The notes under the pieces: generated by a model
Seen by the model: only the letters and a program-made list of their open reading frames with translations
What the model was told of the DNA's origin: nothing
Database searches by the model: none
Shown here: one piece after another, positions 29,872 to 41,375 of the stretch
How positions within the stretch are numbered: position 1 is the stretch's first letter
Layout: each line of letters begins with the position of its first letter
Source: a virus
Length of the DNA stretch: 64,000 nt
Direction: 5' to 3' (one strand)
IMG/VR virus record: IMGVR_UViG_3300037348_000049
Location: 32,001-96,000 of that record
Translations under genes and position numbers: made by a program

Positions 29872-32800
29872 TTATACACCGAACCACCAAGCTTGAGACA
29901 GAGCGTATTGTCCCGAAATACCTTGCGGTCCAGTTGGTCCAATGTTACCTGATGCAACTTCAACAAATACACCGTTAAATAGTACATAAGTTTTAGCATC
30001 TTGAGTATTGAACCAAGCAACACCGTCTGTTATGCTGTTTATATCTGGTTGAATACTAGTTGTGAGAAACTTTCCAACACTTCCTTCTGGCCCTGTTGGT
30101 CCAGTCGGGCCATCCACACCAGCCACCCCTCCTGGCCCTGTGGCACCAATTGGGCCTAAGTAGTTTCCGGTAAATATCCAGGTAGCACCATTCCACACAT
30201 AAATTGAGCCCTCGGCTTGGACGTAATACGCGTCACTAGGTGCTGCGGTTCCTGGTAATTGATTTGTTGTTAAAACTGTACCGAGAACATTTAGGGAGAC
30301 ACCTTGCGGCCCAGAAGGACCCGTAGAACCAGTAGGTCCAGTCGGACCAGTAGGGCCTAAATCACCCTGAGGTCCAAGAAGCCCTTGAGGACCTACTAGC
30401 CCCTGAGGACCCGTTGGGCCTTGATCACCAGTAGAGCCTGTAGGGCCAGTTGGTCCAAGATCACCCTGAGATCCCACGTCACCCTGAGGTCCAACAATTT
30501 GACCTACGTTCGACCAAGAACTCCCACCCCACACAAAGAGGTCACCAATATCTTGAACAACATACGCGTCATTTATGTCGTTAGTTATAATCGAAGCTGC
30601 ACTACTCCCGCCAAGAGCTGGTGTTGATTCCGAAACATAGTATAAAACTTCAGGAGCATCTTCAGGGACGACAAATATTAACGAGCCATTAGTGCCTGCG
30701 GTTCCAGAATAAACAACTCCGCTGGTATACGCGAAGTCAATCACTCCACCCACTGCTGAGTGGTGGCCGTCTTGACTTTCAGATAGGTATATTTTATTTC
30801 CCGCATTGGATGCAGCCGACTGCGAGAAAACATAAGTTCCACCGCGGTGCATAAACAGGTTGGAAGTTAGCTCTCCTCCAATATAAAACTTATTTCCTTC
30901 TTCTGTAGATTCAACTGTTACTACAAATGTAACTGAAGAAGTAGATGATGGCAAAAAGTTAGAGGAGGGTACTGATCCCAATAAACTTATAGCGGTACCC
31001 TGAGGACCAGTTGGACCAGTAGGGCCTAAATCACCCTGAGGTCCAACATCACCTGTAAATTGAGCAACGGAATTCCATGCAGTGCCGTCCCAAATATATA
31101 CAAAGCTATCTTCTAGAACAACATACGCGTCATTGTCCTGATTACCAGTAAGTGGGAGGTTACTCACTGTAGAGATAGGCCCGATTAGATTTACTGGCAA
31201 CCCACGAGGACCAGTAGGGCCTAAATCACCCTGAGGTCCAACAATTTGACCTGAATCGGTCCAAGACGTGCCGCCCCAGAAATATAAATTACCGTCTTGA
31301 TCTACAATTCTTGTGTCGTTTAAGGAGTTTCCACTAGAAGGCAGATCTCCAAATGTGGCAACAGAGCCTTTAAGTGTCAGGTCAACGCCACGAGAACCTG
31401 TTGGGCCAAGGTCACCCTGAACACCCTGTGGGCCAGTGGCACCTACGTTACCAGTAAGACCTATAGAGCCAGTGGCACCCGTTGCACCCGTCTGACCTGT
31501 AGCACCAATTGGACCTTGTACGCCAGTTGAGCCAGTTGGACCCATTGGTCCAGCAACACCGGTTAGGCCAGTTGCACCTGTTGGGCCCCTGTCTCCAATA
31601 AACTGACCTGCGGAGACCCAGTTGGTTCCGTCCCAAATATATAAATTACTTGTTGCTGCTACAGCAAGAGCATCGTTAGTATTGTTGCCGAGCAGGGGTA
31701 GGTCTTCTTCAGTATTTACAGAGCCTCTAATGTTTATAGAAGACCCTGTTGCACCTGTTGGTCCAGCTAGACCAATGTCTCCATCATTACCCGTTGGCCC
31801 CTGAGGACCAGTCGGTCCTACGTCACCCTGAGGTCCTGTTGAGCCAATCGCTCCTACGTCACCCTGAGTACCTGTTGGACCTATGGGGCCTCCAACTCCT
31901 TGTGCACCTGTTAATCCAGTATCACCCTGAGACCCCTTAAGGGCCAAAATCTGCCATTGGACACTGCCCTGGGGCACCTCTCCAGTAGTTGTATCAAGAG
32001 AGAAGTAAGAACTGTCACCATAAACAACAGCGTCAGCATACACGTATGTAGTACTCGAGTCCCACTCGCCTTGCCACTGAATACCTGCAGCACCCTGAGA
32101 TCCTTGTGGTCCTGTAGCGCCTATGGGTCCAGTAGTACCTACCGCACCAACGGATCCATCGTTACCGTCAGCACCTGTTGGGCCAGTAACTCCCTGCGGT
32201 CCTGTTGCACCTAAATTACCCTGTGCACCTGTTGGTCCAGTTGGACCTGCTACACCTACGCCACCAGTCGAACCAGTTGGACCTAGAGGCCCTTGCTCCC
32301 CCTGAGGACCAGTAGGGCCTAAATCACCCTGAGGTCCAACAATTTGACCTACGTTGTTAAATACTTCGCCGTCCCAGACGTAAAGATCGCCATTAGCTTC
32401 TACTATGTAGGCGTCGTTTAGAGAGTTGCCACTAGAGGGTAGGCCGCCTTCTGTTGGTACGGCACCAAGTAGGTTTATAGATGTCCCCTGAGCACCTGTT
32501 GGCCCAAGGTCACCCTGAGCACCTGTTGGTCCAAGGTCACCCTGAGCACCTGTTGGGCCTAGTGGTCCTACGGGGCCAGTATCTCCCTGGGGGCCTGTTG
32601 ATCCTGAAAGACCTTCGATTCCATCAAGACCAGTTGCACCTTGAGAACCTGTTGGACCTAACTCGCCCTGAACACCCTGTGGCCCAGTTGAACCTTGCGC
32701 TCCCTCGTTGCCGACTGAGCCAGTCGGACCAGTTACACCCTGAATTCCCTGTGGGCCAGTATCGCCCTGCAGTCCGGTTGAGCCAGTTGAGCCCATTGGT

Positions 32801-33234
32801 CCATCGAGCCCAAACTCCCCCTGTGGACCTGTTGCGCCTACGCTACCTGTTGGTCCCGTTGGGCCATCCACGCCTGCGGATCCATTAGAGCCTTGTGGAC
32901 CAGTCGGTCCAAGATCACCCTGAGATCCGGTTGACCCCTGCGGACCTGTTGCGCCTACGCTGCCTACTGCTCCGATTGCCCCCTGGGCACCTGTTGGACC
33001 TGTTGCGCCATCATTACCCGCCGGGCCAGTCTCTCCCAGACCTATAGGGCCAGTCGGACCAAAGGGGCCTTGTAGTCCCGTAAGACCCTGAATACCTGTA
33101 GATCCAGTAGGACCCGTCGCGCCGACAATTTGAGAGTACTCTACGTTCCATACAGTGCCGTCCCAGACGTAAGTTGTCTGTCCATACACATACTCGTCGT
33201 TTAGCTCCGGGCTATTTGGGAAATTAATTGGCAT
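29872..33234 (-). CDS. Long collagen-like tail fibre protein
   Basis: MPINFPNSP start; very long G-X-Y tracts with six bead spacers. Confidence 0.9.
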   Translation of the reverse strand: MPINFPNSPELNDEYVYGQTTYVWDGTVWNVEYSQIVGATGPTGSTGIQGLTGLQGPFGPTGPIGLGETGPAGNDGATGPTGAQGAIGAVGSVGATGPQGSTGSQGDLGPTGPQGSNGSAGVDGPTGPTGSVGATGPQGEFGLDGPMGSTGSTGLQGDTGPQGIQGVTGPTGSVGNEGAQGSTGPQGVQGELGPTGSQGATGLDGIEGLSGSTGPQGDTGPVGPLGPTGAQGDLGPTGAQGDLGPTGAQGTSINLLGAVPTEGGLPSSGNSLNDAYIVEANGDLYVWDGEVFNNVGQIVGPQGDLGPTGPQGEQGPLGPTGSTGGVGVAGPTGPTGAQGNLGATGPQGVTGPTGADGNDGSVGAVGTTGPIGATGPQGSQGAAGIQWQGEWDSSTTYVYADAVVYGDSSYFSLDTTTGEVPQGSVQWQILALKGSQGDTGLTGAQGVGGPIGPTGTQGDVGAIGSTGPQGDVGPTGPQGPTGNDGDIGLAGPTGATGSSINIRGSVNTEEDLPLLGNNTNDALAVAATSNLYIWDGTNWVSAGQFIGDRGPTGATGLTGVAGPMGPTGSTGVQGPIGATGQTGATGATGSIGLTGNVGATGPQGVQGDLGPTGSRGVDLTLKGSVATFGDLPSSGNSLNDTRIVDQDGNLYFWGGTSWTDSGQIVGPQGDLGPTGPRGLPVNLIGPISTVSNLPLTGNQDNDAYVVLEDSFVYIWDGTAWNSVAQFTGDVGPQGDLGPTGPTGPQGTAISLLGSVPSSNFLPSSTSSVTFVVTVESTEEGNKFYIGGELTSNLFMHRGGTYVFSQSAASNAGNKIYLSESQDGHHSAVGGVIDFAYTSGVVYSGTAGTNGSLIFVVPEDAPEVLYYVSESTPALGGSSAASIITNDINDAYVVQDIGDLFVWGGSSWSNVGQIVGPQGDVGSQGDLGPTGPTGSTGDQGPTGPQGLVGPQGLLGPQGDLGPTGPTGPTGSTGPSGPQGVSLNVLGTVLTTNQLPGTAAPSDAYYVQAEGSIYVWNGATWIFTGNYLGPIGATGPGGVAGVDGPTGPTGPEGSVGKFLTTSIQPDINSITDGVAWFNTQDAKTYVLFNGVFVEVASGNIGPTGPQGISGQYALSQAWWFGV

Positions 33235-33236
33235 TA

Positions 33237-33629
33237 TTAACCTTCTATGATCCTTAGTCGTGCTGCGATTTGATCTAGAGCATCAGCAATAGTGGTTGGC
33301 TCAACAGCGTCCCAGTTAGAACTAGTAGCTGGGGTGTATGTAGTTGCACTACCAGCAGCACCTGTTGGGCCTTGAGGGGCAGTGGCAACCTGAACCCACT
33401 GGCTACTATCTACGTCTTGAATGTAGACGTACATTTTACCGGTTTCTAGGTCTGCCCAAACTTGTCCAGCGTATGGATCTGATGGGAATACTGTTGCAAA
33501 GGCACCAGAGCTACCCTGTGGACCAGTTGGACCTACAGGCCCACCAGATGGTCCTGTTGCTCCTGTTGGCCCCTGTACTCCTTGAGGCCCTCCCTTGGAT
33601 ACTTCTACACGATTGCTGTACATGGCCAT
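33237..33629 (-). CDS. Short collagen-like fibre/adaptor protein
   Basis: Two short GPT tracts; P.DP..GQVW.D..TGKMYVY motif; coiled C-terminus. Confidence 0.8.
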   Translation of the reverse strand: MAMYSNRVEVSKGGPQGVQGPTGATGPSGGPVGPTGPQGSSGAFATVFPSDPYAGQVWADLETGKMYVYIQDVDSSQWVQVATAPQGPTGAAGSATTYTPATSSNWDAVEPTTIADALDQIAARLRIIEG

Positions 33630-34018
33630 TATCTAGTTACCTCCGCACGTACGGTAAAATTTCCTAAAAGAAGTCGTTCGACTACTCCAGTCATTGGTGC
33701 CTCTATCTCTAAATCGTAAACGTAATTACCTTCTACTACTGTTGACATATCTGTTGCTGAGACTAAAAGGTCAAATCTTCCTTCAACTCCAAAAACTATA
33801 ATCCGTCCATTTTCCGTAGTGAGTTCAAGAGCTACCGCGGCTGAATTGACAGCTGGCCTAACCTGCATACGTGCCGTGTAGCCTGTTGTATTGTGCGGAG
33901 TGCGCTTAGCATCCTTGTACACAACCGTGTATGAGAAAGTTGCACCCTGATCGGCCACTATGTTATGTGTGCCTTGATTACTGGCAAGGCCGCCATTGTA
34001 GAGATTTGTAGAAGGCAT
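33629..34018 (-). CDS. BppU-like baseplate/fibre adaptor (Ig-like)
   Basis: DQGATFSYTVVYKD..TGYTARMQVR...YVYDLEI..LL.GNFTV; start moved from 34048 to ATG 34018 (GAAAGAG SD). Confidence 0.6.
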   Translation of the reverse strand: MPSTNLYNGGLASNQGTHNIVADQGATFSYTVVYKDAKRTPHNTTGYTARMQVRPAVNSAAVALELTTENGRIIVFGVEGRFDLLVSATDMSTVVEGNYVYDLEIEAPMTGVVERLLLGNFTVRAEVTR

Positions 34019-34111
34019 TTGACTCTTTCGGCGAGAGGTTACAGTCAACTATCATTCTACAGCATTTGTAGTTAGCCCATAAGGGAGATATACTTAGGCA
34101 CAGGAGAATCC

Positions 34112-34336
34112 ATGAGCTTGGTACTAAACACAGAAATACAGCAAAAAGAAGAGCAAAACGAGAATAAACTTGCTCACTATGCTGAAGCGGCCTCAGTGAG
34201 TGAAGCTTACGTACTTGGAACACCAGTTAAAGCTCTCTGTGGAGAGGTTTTTATTCCTTCTCGTGACCCTGAAAAATTTCCCGTATGCAGAACTTGCAAA
34301 GATATTATAAATGCACTATTGTTGGGCTCGGATTAA
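34112..34336 (+). CDS. DUF3039 family Zn-binding protein (actinobacterial)
   Basis: AHY...A.VLG.PV.ALCGEVF.P...P...PVC..C; AGGAG SD. Confidence 0.85.
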   Translation: MSLVLNTEIQQKEEQNENKLAHYAEAASVSEAYVLGTPVKALCGEVFIPSRDPEKFPVCRTCKDIINALLLGSD

Positions 34337-34451
34337 AAATCGACCAACAGATTTTGTCCTATACTAGAGCTTCAACTCCTGACGAAATCACTTATTTTGG
34401 GATACAAACGTCAGGATTTGGCGTCTCAAACTAACGAAGGGTACACCACAC

Positions 34452-34673
34452 ATGACAGTCACCGTATACACGCTCCCATCCTGCGTTCAGTGCGACAGTA
34501 CCAAGAGACTTTTGACTAGGAATGGAATTAAGTTTGAGATAATTGACCTCAGCACAGATGAGGCCGCCATGGCACTTGTAAAAGAGCTTGGCTACACTGC
34601 TGCACCTATTGTTGTTGTAGGTGACGACCACTGGAGTGGTTTCCGGATGGATAAAATTTCTGCACTTGTATAA
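34452..34673 (+). CDS. nrdH: Glutaredoxin-like NrdH-redoxin
   Basis: VYTLPSCVQC..TKR, APIVVVG.DHWSGFRMDKI. Confidence 0.95.
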   Translation: MTVTVYTLPSCVQCDSTKRLLTRNGIKFEIIDLSTDEAAMALVKELGYTAAPIVVVGDDHWSGFRMDKISALV

Positions 34674-34675
34674 TC

Positions 34676-35064
34676 ATGTACGACATAGTATATTTCTCTA
34701 ACGTATCTAATAATACGCACAGATTCATGGAAAAGTTAGGCCTTCCGGCTCAGCGGATACCGGTCCGTTGGGACGGCGAAGAGCCTTTTATGGCGTATGG
34801 AGAGTATGTTCTTTTTCTCCCCACTTATGGTGGAGGAAATGACGAACACACTGTGCCAAAACAGGTCAAAAGTTTTTTAAACATTAAGACCAATAGAGAC
34901 TTGCTTCGCGGTGTTGTCGGACTCGGCAATACTAATTTTGGTGACCACTTCTGTGGTGCAGCCGAGATGATTTCAGCAAAAACTGGTGTACCTTTGCTGT
35001 ATCGCGTAGAAATTATGGGTACACCATACGACGTAGAACAAGTAAACGAGAGGTTAAAACAACT

Positions 35065-35092
<28 letters not shown>
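34676..35092 (+). CDS. nrdI: Flavodoxin-like NrdI
   Basis: [33 protein letters not shown]. Confidence 0.95.
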
Positions 35093-38159
<3,067 letters not shown>

Positions 38160-38169
38160 GGAGGCGAAA

Positions 38170-38214
38170 ATGGATTGCGACTGCGAAGGCTGCGGATGCG
38201 GTACAAGTAAGTAA
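38170..38214 (+). CDS. 14-aa Cys-rich micro-peptide MDCDCEGCGCGTSK (not in ORF track)
   Basis: AAGGAGG SD 5 nt upstream; lies between the nrdF stop and the terminator. Confidence 0.5.
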   Translation: MDCDCEGCGCGTSK

Positions 38215-38222
38215 AAAAGATA

Positions 38223-38250
38223 GGCCACCCTTCGGGGTGGCTTTTCTTTT
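38223..38250 (+). terminator. Rho-independent terminator of the nrd operon
   Basis: GGCCACCC-TTCG-GGGTGGCT hairpin followed by TTTCTTTT. Confidence 0.9.
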
Positions 38251-38263
38251 GTAGACTATATCT

Positions 38264-38443
38264 ATGCCTACCTATTCTTATATTTGCGAAAACGGACATA
38301 AATACGAAGAAATTCGATCAATGTCTGAGAATTTGCAAAAGACGACTTGCGCAGAAACCCCTTGTGGTACTACACTTAAGAGAGTATTCAGCGCGCCTCC
38401 AATCACCTTCAAGGGTGGTGGGTTTCATGCTAAAAGTGGTTAA
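38264..38443 (+). CDS. FmdB-family zinc ribbon protein, 59 aa (not in ORF track)
   Basis: MPTYSYICENGH...TCAETPCG...KRVFSAPPITFKGGGF; TAGACT -10 six nt before the ATG (leaderless). Confidence 0.85.
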   Translation: MPTYSYICENGHKYEEIRSMSENLQKTTCAETPCGTTLKRVFSAPPITFKGGGFHAKSG

Positions 38444-38460
38444 AAAGTAATAGGAGCCCC

Positions 38461-38778
38461 ATGAGAACCCAAAATAACGTAGACGTAGAATTTATTGGCA
38501 TCAACCTACCCGAGTTTAGTAGCAGACAAAAACCCCTTTGCGCCGACGCGGATCCTGAGCTCTTCTATCCTATAGAAGTTGAAAGCAGGCTGAGCGCCAG
38601 AGGTACTGTTGTTTCCGCTAAATACTTAGACGAAAGAGCTGCTAAGAAAATATGTAATCAGTGCCCTCTGCAAATGGCCTGTTTGAAATATGCTTTAGAA
38701 AACTCGGAGTACGGTATATGGGGTGGAACTTCTGAGACTGAAAGGGCAAACCTTCGCAGAAGGATTAGGCGTAACTAG
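38461..38778 (+). CDS. whiB: WhiB-family transcription factor (second copy)
   Basis: C..ADPELFYP...AKKICNQCPLQMAC..YAL...YGIWGGTSE.ER. Confidence 0.92.
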   Translation: MRTQNNVDVEFIGINLPEFSSRQKPLCADADPELFYPIEVESRLSARGTVVSAKYLDERAAKKICNQCPLQMACLKYALENSEYGIWGGTSETERANLRRRIRRN

Positions 38779-38851
38779 TGGACTTCAACACTTGATACAA
38801 TAGAAACACCTGGGGAAGAGGCGAATTAATTAATCGACCCTAGGAGTTTAA

Positions 38852-39127
38852 ATGGGATTACTACCCGAAGTACTAAGAAGAACCATAGCTCTAATTATTC
38901 TCCGTGTAAGTGGAGTCTTTGCTGGAGGCTCTCTTGCTGGAGTTGCACTCTGGCAATCAGCCGCGATGGCGGCATTCATCGGCCTCATGGATGTAGCGGA
39001 GAATCTATCTCGTGCCTACATGATTGATGGACATCTTGATGAAGAAGAAATAAACGCTGCTTTTGGTGGCAATCTCGTTATGGATGAGGATGCAGAGTTA
39101 GCAAAAACTATTAAGGAAGAAAGATAA
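38852..39127 (+). CDS. Small membrane protein, possible holin
   Basis: Two hydrophobic segments, charged C-terminus; AGGAG SD. Confidence 0.5.
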   Translation: MGLLPEVLRRTIALIILRVSGVFAGGSLAGVALWQSAAMAAFIGLMDVAENLSRAYMIDGHLDEEEINAAFGGNLVMDEDAELAKTIKEER

Positions 39128-39160
39128 ACCAGATAATCTTTTCTCTTTACGAAACCCCTT

Positions 39161-39189
39161 TTGACATTTTTGTCAAGAGGGGTTAGTAT
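39161..39189 (+). promoter_or_regulatory. Sigma70 promoter with a palindromic -35 region, leaderless
   Basis: TTGACA-N17-TAGTAT, then 6 nt to ATG 39196; TTGACA-TTTT-TGTCAA palindrome. Confidence 0.7.
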
Positions 39190-39195
39190 TTTCCC

Positions 39196-39429
39196 ATGAA
39201 AGATAATTTTGATAAATGGCTGCAAGTTGGAATAAAAAATAATTGGTGTGGTCCAGCCATATGCTATACGCACGATGGGCTTCCAATTTCTGAGCGTCAG
39301 TCCCAAGAATTTGAAGAAGGTGGAGACCCTTGCCTCCATATTATTAGGCTTTATGAAGATGTTGAGACAAAACAAGAGATAGAAGACAACCACCCACCTT
39401 CTGTTTGGAGAGCGCCACGCAATAAATAG
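39196..39429 (+). CDS. Hypothetical protein
   Basis: 77 aa; W...G...WC....C.THDG.P...EE...GDPC.HIIR pattern. Confidence 0.75.
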   Translation: MKDNFDKWLQVGIKNNWCGPAICYTHDGLPISERQSQEFEEGGDPCLHIIRLYEDVETKQEIEDNHPPSVWRAPRNK

Positions 39430-39496
39430 CAAGAGTGATCCACTCATAACTAAATATGTGTAGACTTATCACAGATGTAACAACGAAGGAGCTAAC

Positions 39497-40807
39497 TTGT
39501 CCGAAAACTCAAACAACGAGATCACTTCAGGAGCAGTAAGGACCTTTGTACTAGATACATCTGTTCTCCTTTCTGATCCAAAGGCAATCTTTCGTTTTGC
39601 GGAACACGAAGTTGTTCTGCCCATCGTTGTGATTAATGAGCTTGAGAAAAAGCGAAACGATGGCGAGATAGGCTACCTATCACGTAAAGCGCTCCGATTA
39701 TTAGATGACCTCCGCGACGAGCACGAGCGCCTAGACTTCCCTATTCCAGTCGGGGACGGTGGAACTTTAAGAGTCGAGCTTGAAAACATTGAGCCCGGCA
39801 TCCTGCCAACCGGTTTTCAGCTGGGCGATAACGACTCCCGAATCTTGGCTGTAGCGGCGAATCTCAAAAGCGCAGGGTATGACGTAACCCTAGTCTCCAA
39901 AGATCTTCCTATGCGAGTAAAAGCTGCATCAATTGGGCTAAACGCTGAACAGTACCTACATGAACTTGCCAACGAAGAGTGGCACGGAATCTCAGAGATT
40001 GCTGTTTCTGGTACAGACATAACTAATCTGTACGACAACGGTGAACTCGCACATGGATCCATCAAGGGTATGCCCGTAAATACTGGACTAGTACTATCTT
40101 CAGAATCTGGTGGTGCACTAGGCCGGGTAACAGACAGTGGCACCATTCGTCTAGTCAAGGGTGATCGTGAAGTATTTGGACTACATGGACGCTCTGCTGA
40201 GCAGCGACTTGCTATTGATTCGTTGTTAGACCCCGGTATGGGCATCGTCTCGCTCGGTGGAAAAGCCGGAACCGGAAAGAGCGCCTTGGCATTATGCGCT
40301 GGGCTCGAAGCGGTCTTGGAGAGGAAAGAGCACAAGAAGATTATGGTGTTCCGACCATTGCATGCAGTCGGTGGCCAGGAACTTGGATACCTCCCTGGAA
40401 CCGAAGCCGAGAAAATGAATCCGTGGGCGCAGGCCGTTTTCGACACGCTCGGATCACTGGTCTCGAAAGAAGTAATTGAAGAAGTAATAGCTCGTGGCAT
40501 TCTTGAGGTCCTACCACTAACCCACATTAGGGGTCGATCGCTTCACGACACCTTTGTAATCGTAGATGAAGCTCAGTCGCTAGAGAAGAATGTATTGCTG
40601 ACTGTTCTATCTCGTATTGGACAAAAGTCTAGAGTAGTTCTGACACACGACGTAGCTCAGAGGGACAACCTCCGAGTGGGCCGTCATGATGGAGTTGCCT
40701 CGGTTGTTGAGAGATTAAAGGGCCAGTCTATATTTAGCCACATTACTTTGATGCGTTCCGAACGAAGCGAGATAGCGGCTCTGGTTACAGATCTTCTAGA
40801 CTACTAG
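39497..40807 (+). CDS. phoH: PIN-PhoH (PhoH2-like) protein
   Basis: PIN: [27 protein letters not shown]; PhoH: [36 protein letters not shown]. Confidence 0.95.
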   Translation: MSENSNNEITSGAVRTFVLDTSVLLSDPKAIFRFAEHEVVLPIVVINELEKKRNDGEIGYLSRKALRLLDDLRDEHERLDFPIPVGDGGTLRVELENIEPGILPTGFQLGDNDSRILAVAANLKSAGYDVTLVSKDLPMRVKAASIGLNAEQYLHELANEEWHGISEIAVSGTDITNLYDNGELAHGSIKGMPVNTGLVLSSESGGALGRVTDSGTIRLVKGDREVFGLHGRSAEQRLAIDSLLDPGMGIVSLGGKAGTGKSALALCAGLEAVLERKEHKKIMVFRPLHAVGGQELGYLPGTEAEKMNPWAQAVFDTLGSLVSKEVIEEVIARGILEVLPLTHIRGRSLHDTFVIVDEAQSLEKNVLLTVLSRIGQKSRVVLTHDVAQRDNLRVGRHDGVASVVERLKGQSIFSHITLMRSERSEIAALVTDLLDY

Positions 40808-40981
40808 ATGGCCAAACGCGAAGCAAAAAACGCCACTATTGATTACAGCGGAGATAACAGAGAAAGTATCTTTGGATGGTGCTCTACTAAACAGCACTTG
40901 GATTGCATAATAAATTTCCCTGGCCACAGTTGTATATGTTGCTGTCACGATGGAGATGTGTTAGTATCTGACGATGCATAA
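40808..40981 (+). CDS. 57-aa Cys/His-rich protein (not in ORF track)
   Basis: ATG abuts the phoH stop; GWCSTKQHLDC...GHSCICCCH. Confidence 0.6.
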   Translation: MAKREAKNATIDYSGDNRESIFGWCSTKQHLDCIINFPGHSCICCCHDGDVLVSDDA

Positions 40982-41144
40982 TAATGAGAAGCAGAGTTTT
41001 ACAGGTCTTATCCTGAATCTTATAAAGCAAAAGTTTTGTAAGCATTCCGATACAACTGATATATCTTGCCCGTACACCATGAGGACCTACACCGACTGCG
41101 TTGATTGCGGCCTCAGGATAAAAATAGAGCCAGCAAAAGGCTAG
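40974..41144 (+). CDS. 56-aa Cys-rich zinc-finger-like protein (not in ORF track)
   Basis: FCKH...SCPYT..TY..CVDCG; overlaps the previous stop. Confidence 0.6.
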   Translation: MHNNEKQSFTGLILNLIKQKFCKHSDTTDISCPYTMRTYTDCVDCGLRIKIEPAKG

Positions 41145-41375
41145 ATCGTGATTTGGCAAGATCTTTAAGGTACTTAATGTAGCATACTGTACCCCCCGGT
41201 TTTGTTCATTAATGTACAAAGGGTAGTGTACAAAAACTCTGTATAAACTTAAACCTAAGGTTATACAAAAATGGCACATTGGACTAAGTCTTTTGAATCC
41301 ATGTGATACTGATAGATGAGGAGTTGGGTTTTAGCTGACAAATGTTCAGCGTTTAAATTAATAGAAAGGTTTACT

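Noticed and set aside
10680-33560. Recurrent ~20-40 bp repeats resembling a CRISPR array or DGR template/variable repeats
   Set aside because: All are in-frame collagen coding; spacing is irregular, there are no cas or reverse transcriptase genes, and no adenine-specific mismatch pattern is visible
10503-33629. Many short opposite-strand or alternate-frame ORFs over the collagen genes (e.g. 11149-11391, 17505-17825, 18750-19049, 32481-32888)
   Set aside because: Shadows of G-P-T codon periodicity (PVGPVGP translations); no SD, and fully nested in long genes
39817-40527. 236-aa minus-strand ORF
   Set aside because: Antisense shadow of phoH with Ser/Pro-biased composition
40887-41279. 130-aa minus-strand ORF
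   Set aside because: Two Cys-rich plus-strand micro-ORFs coupled to phoH explain the region better
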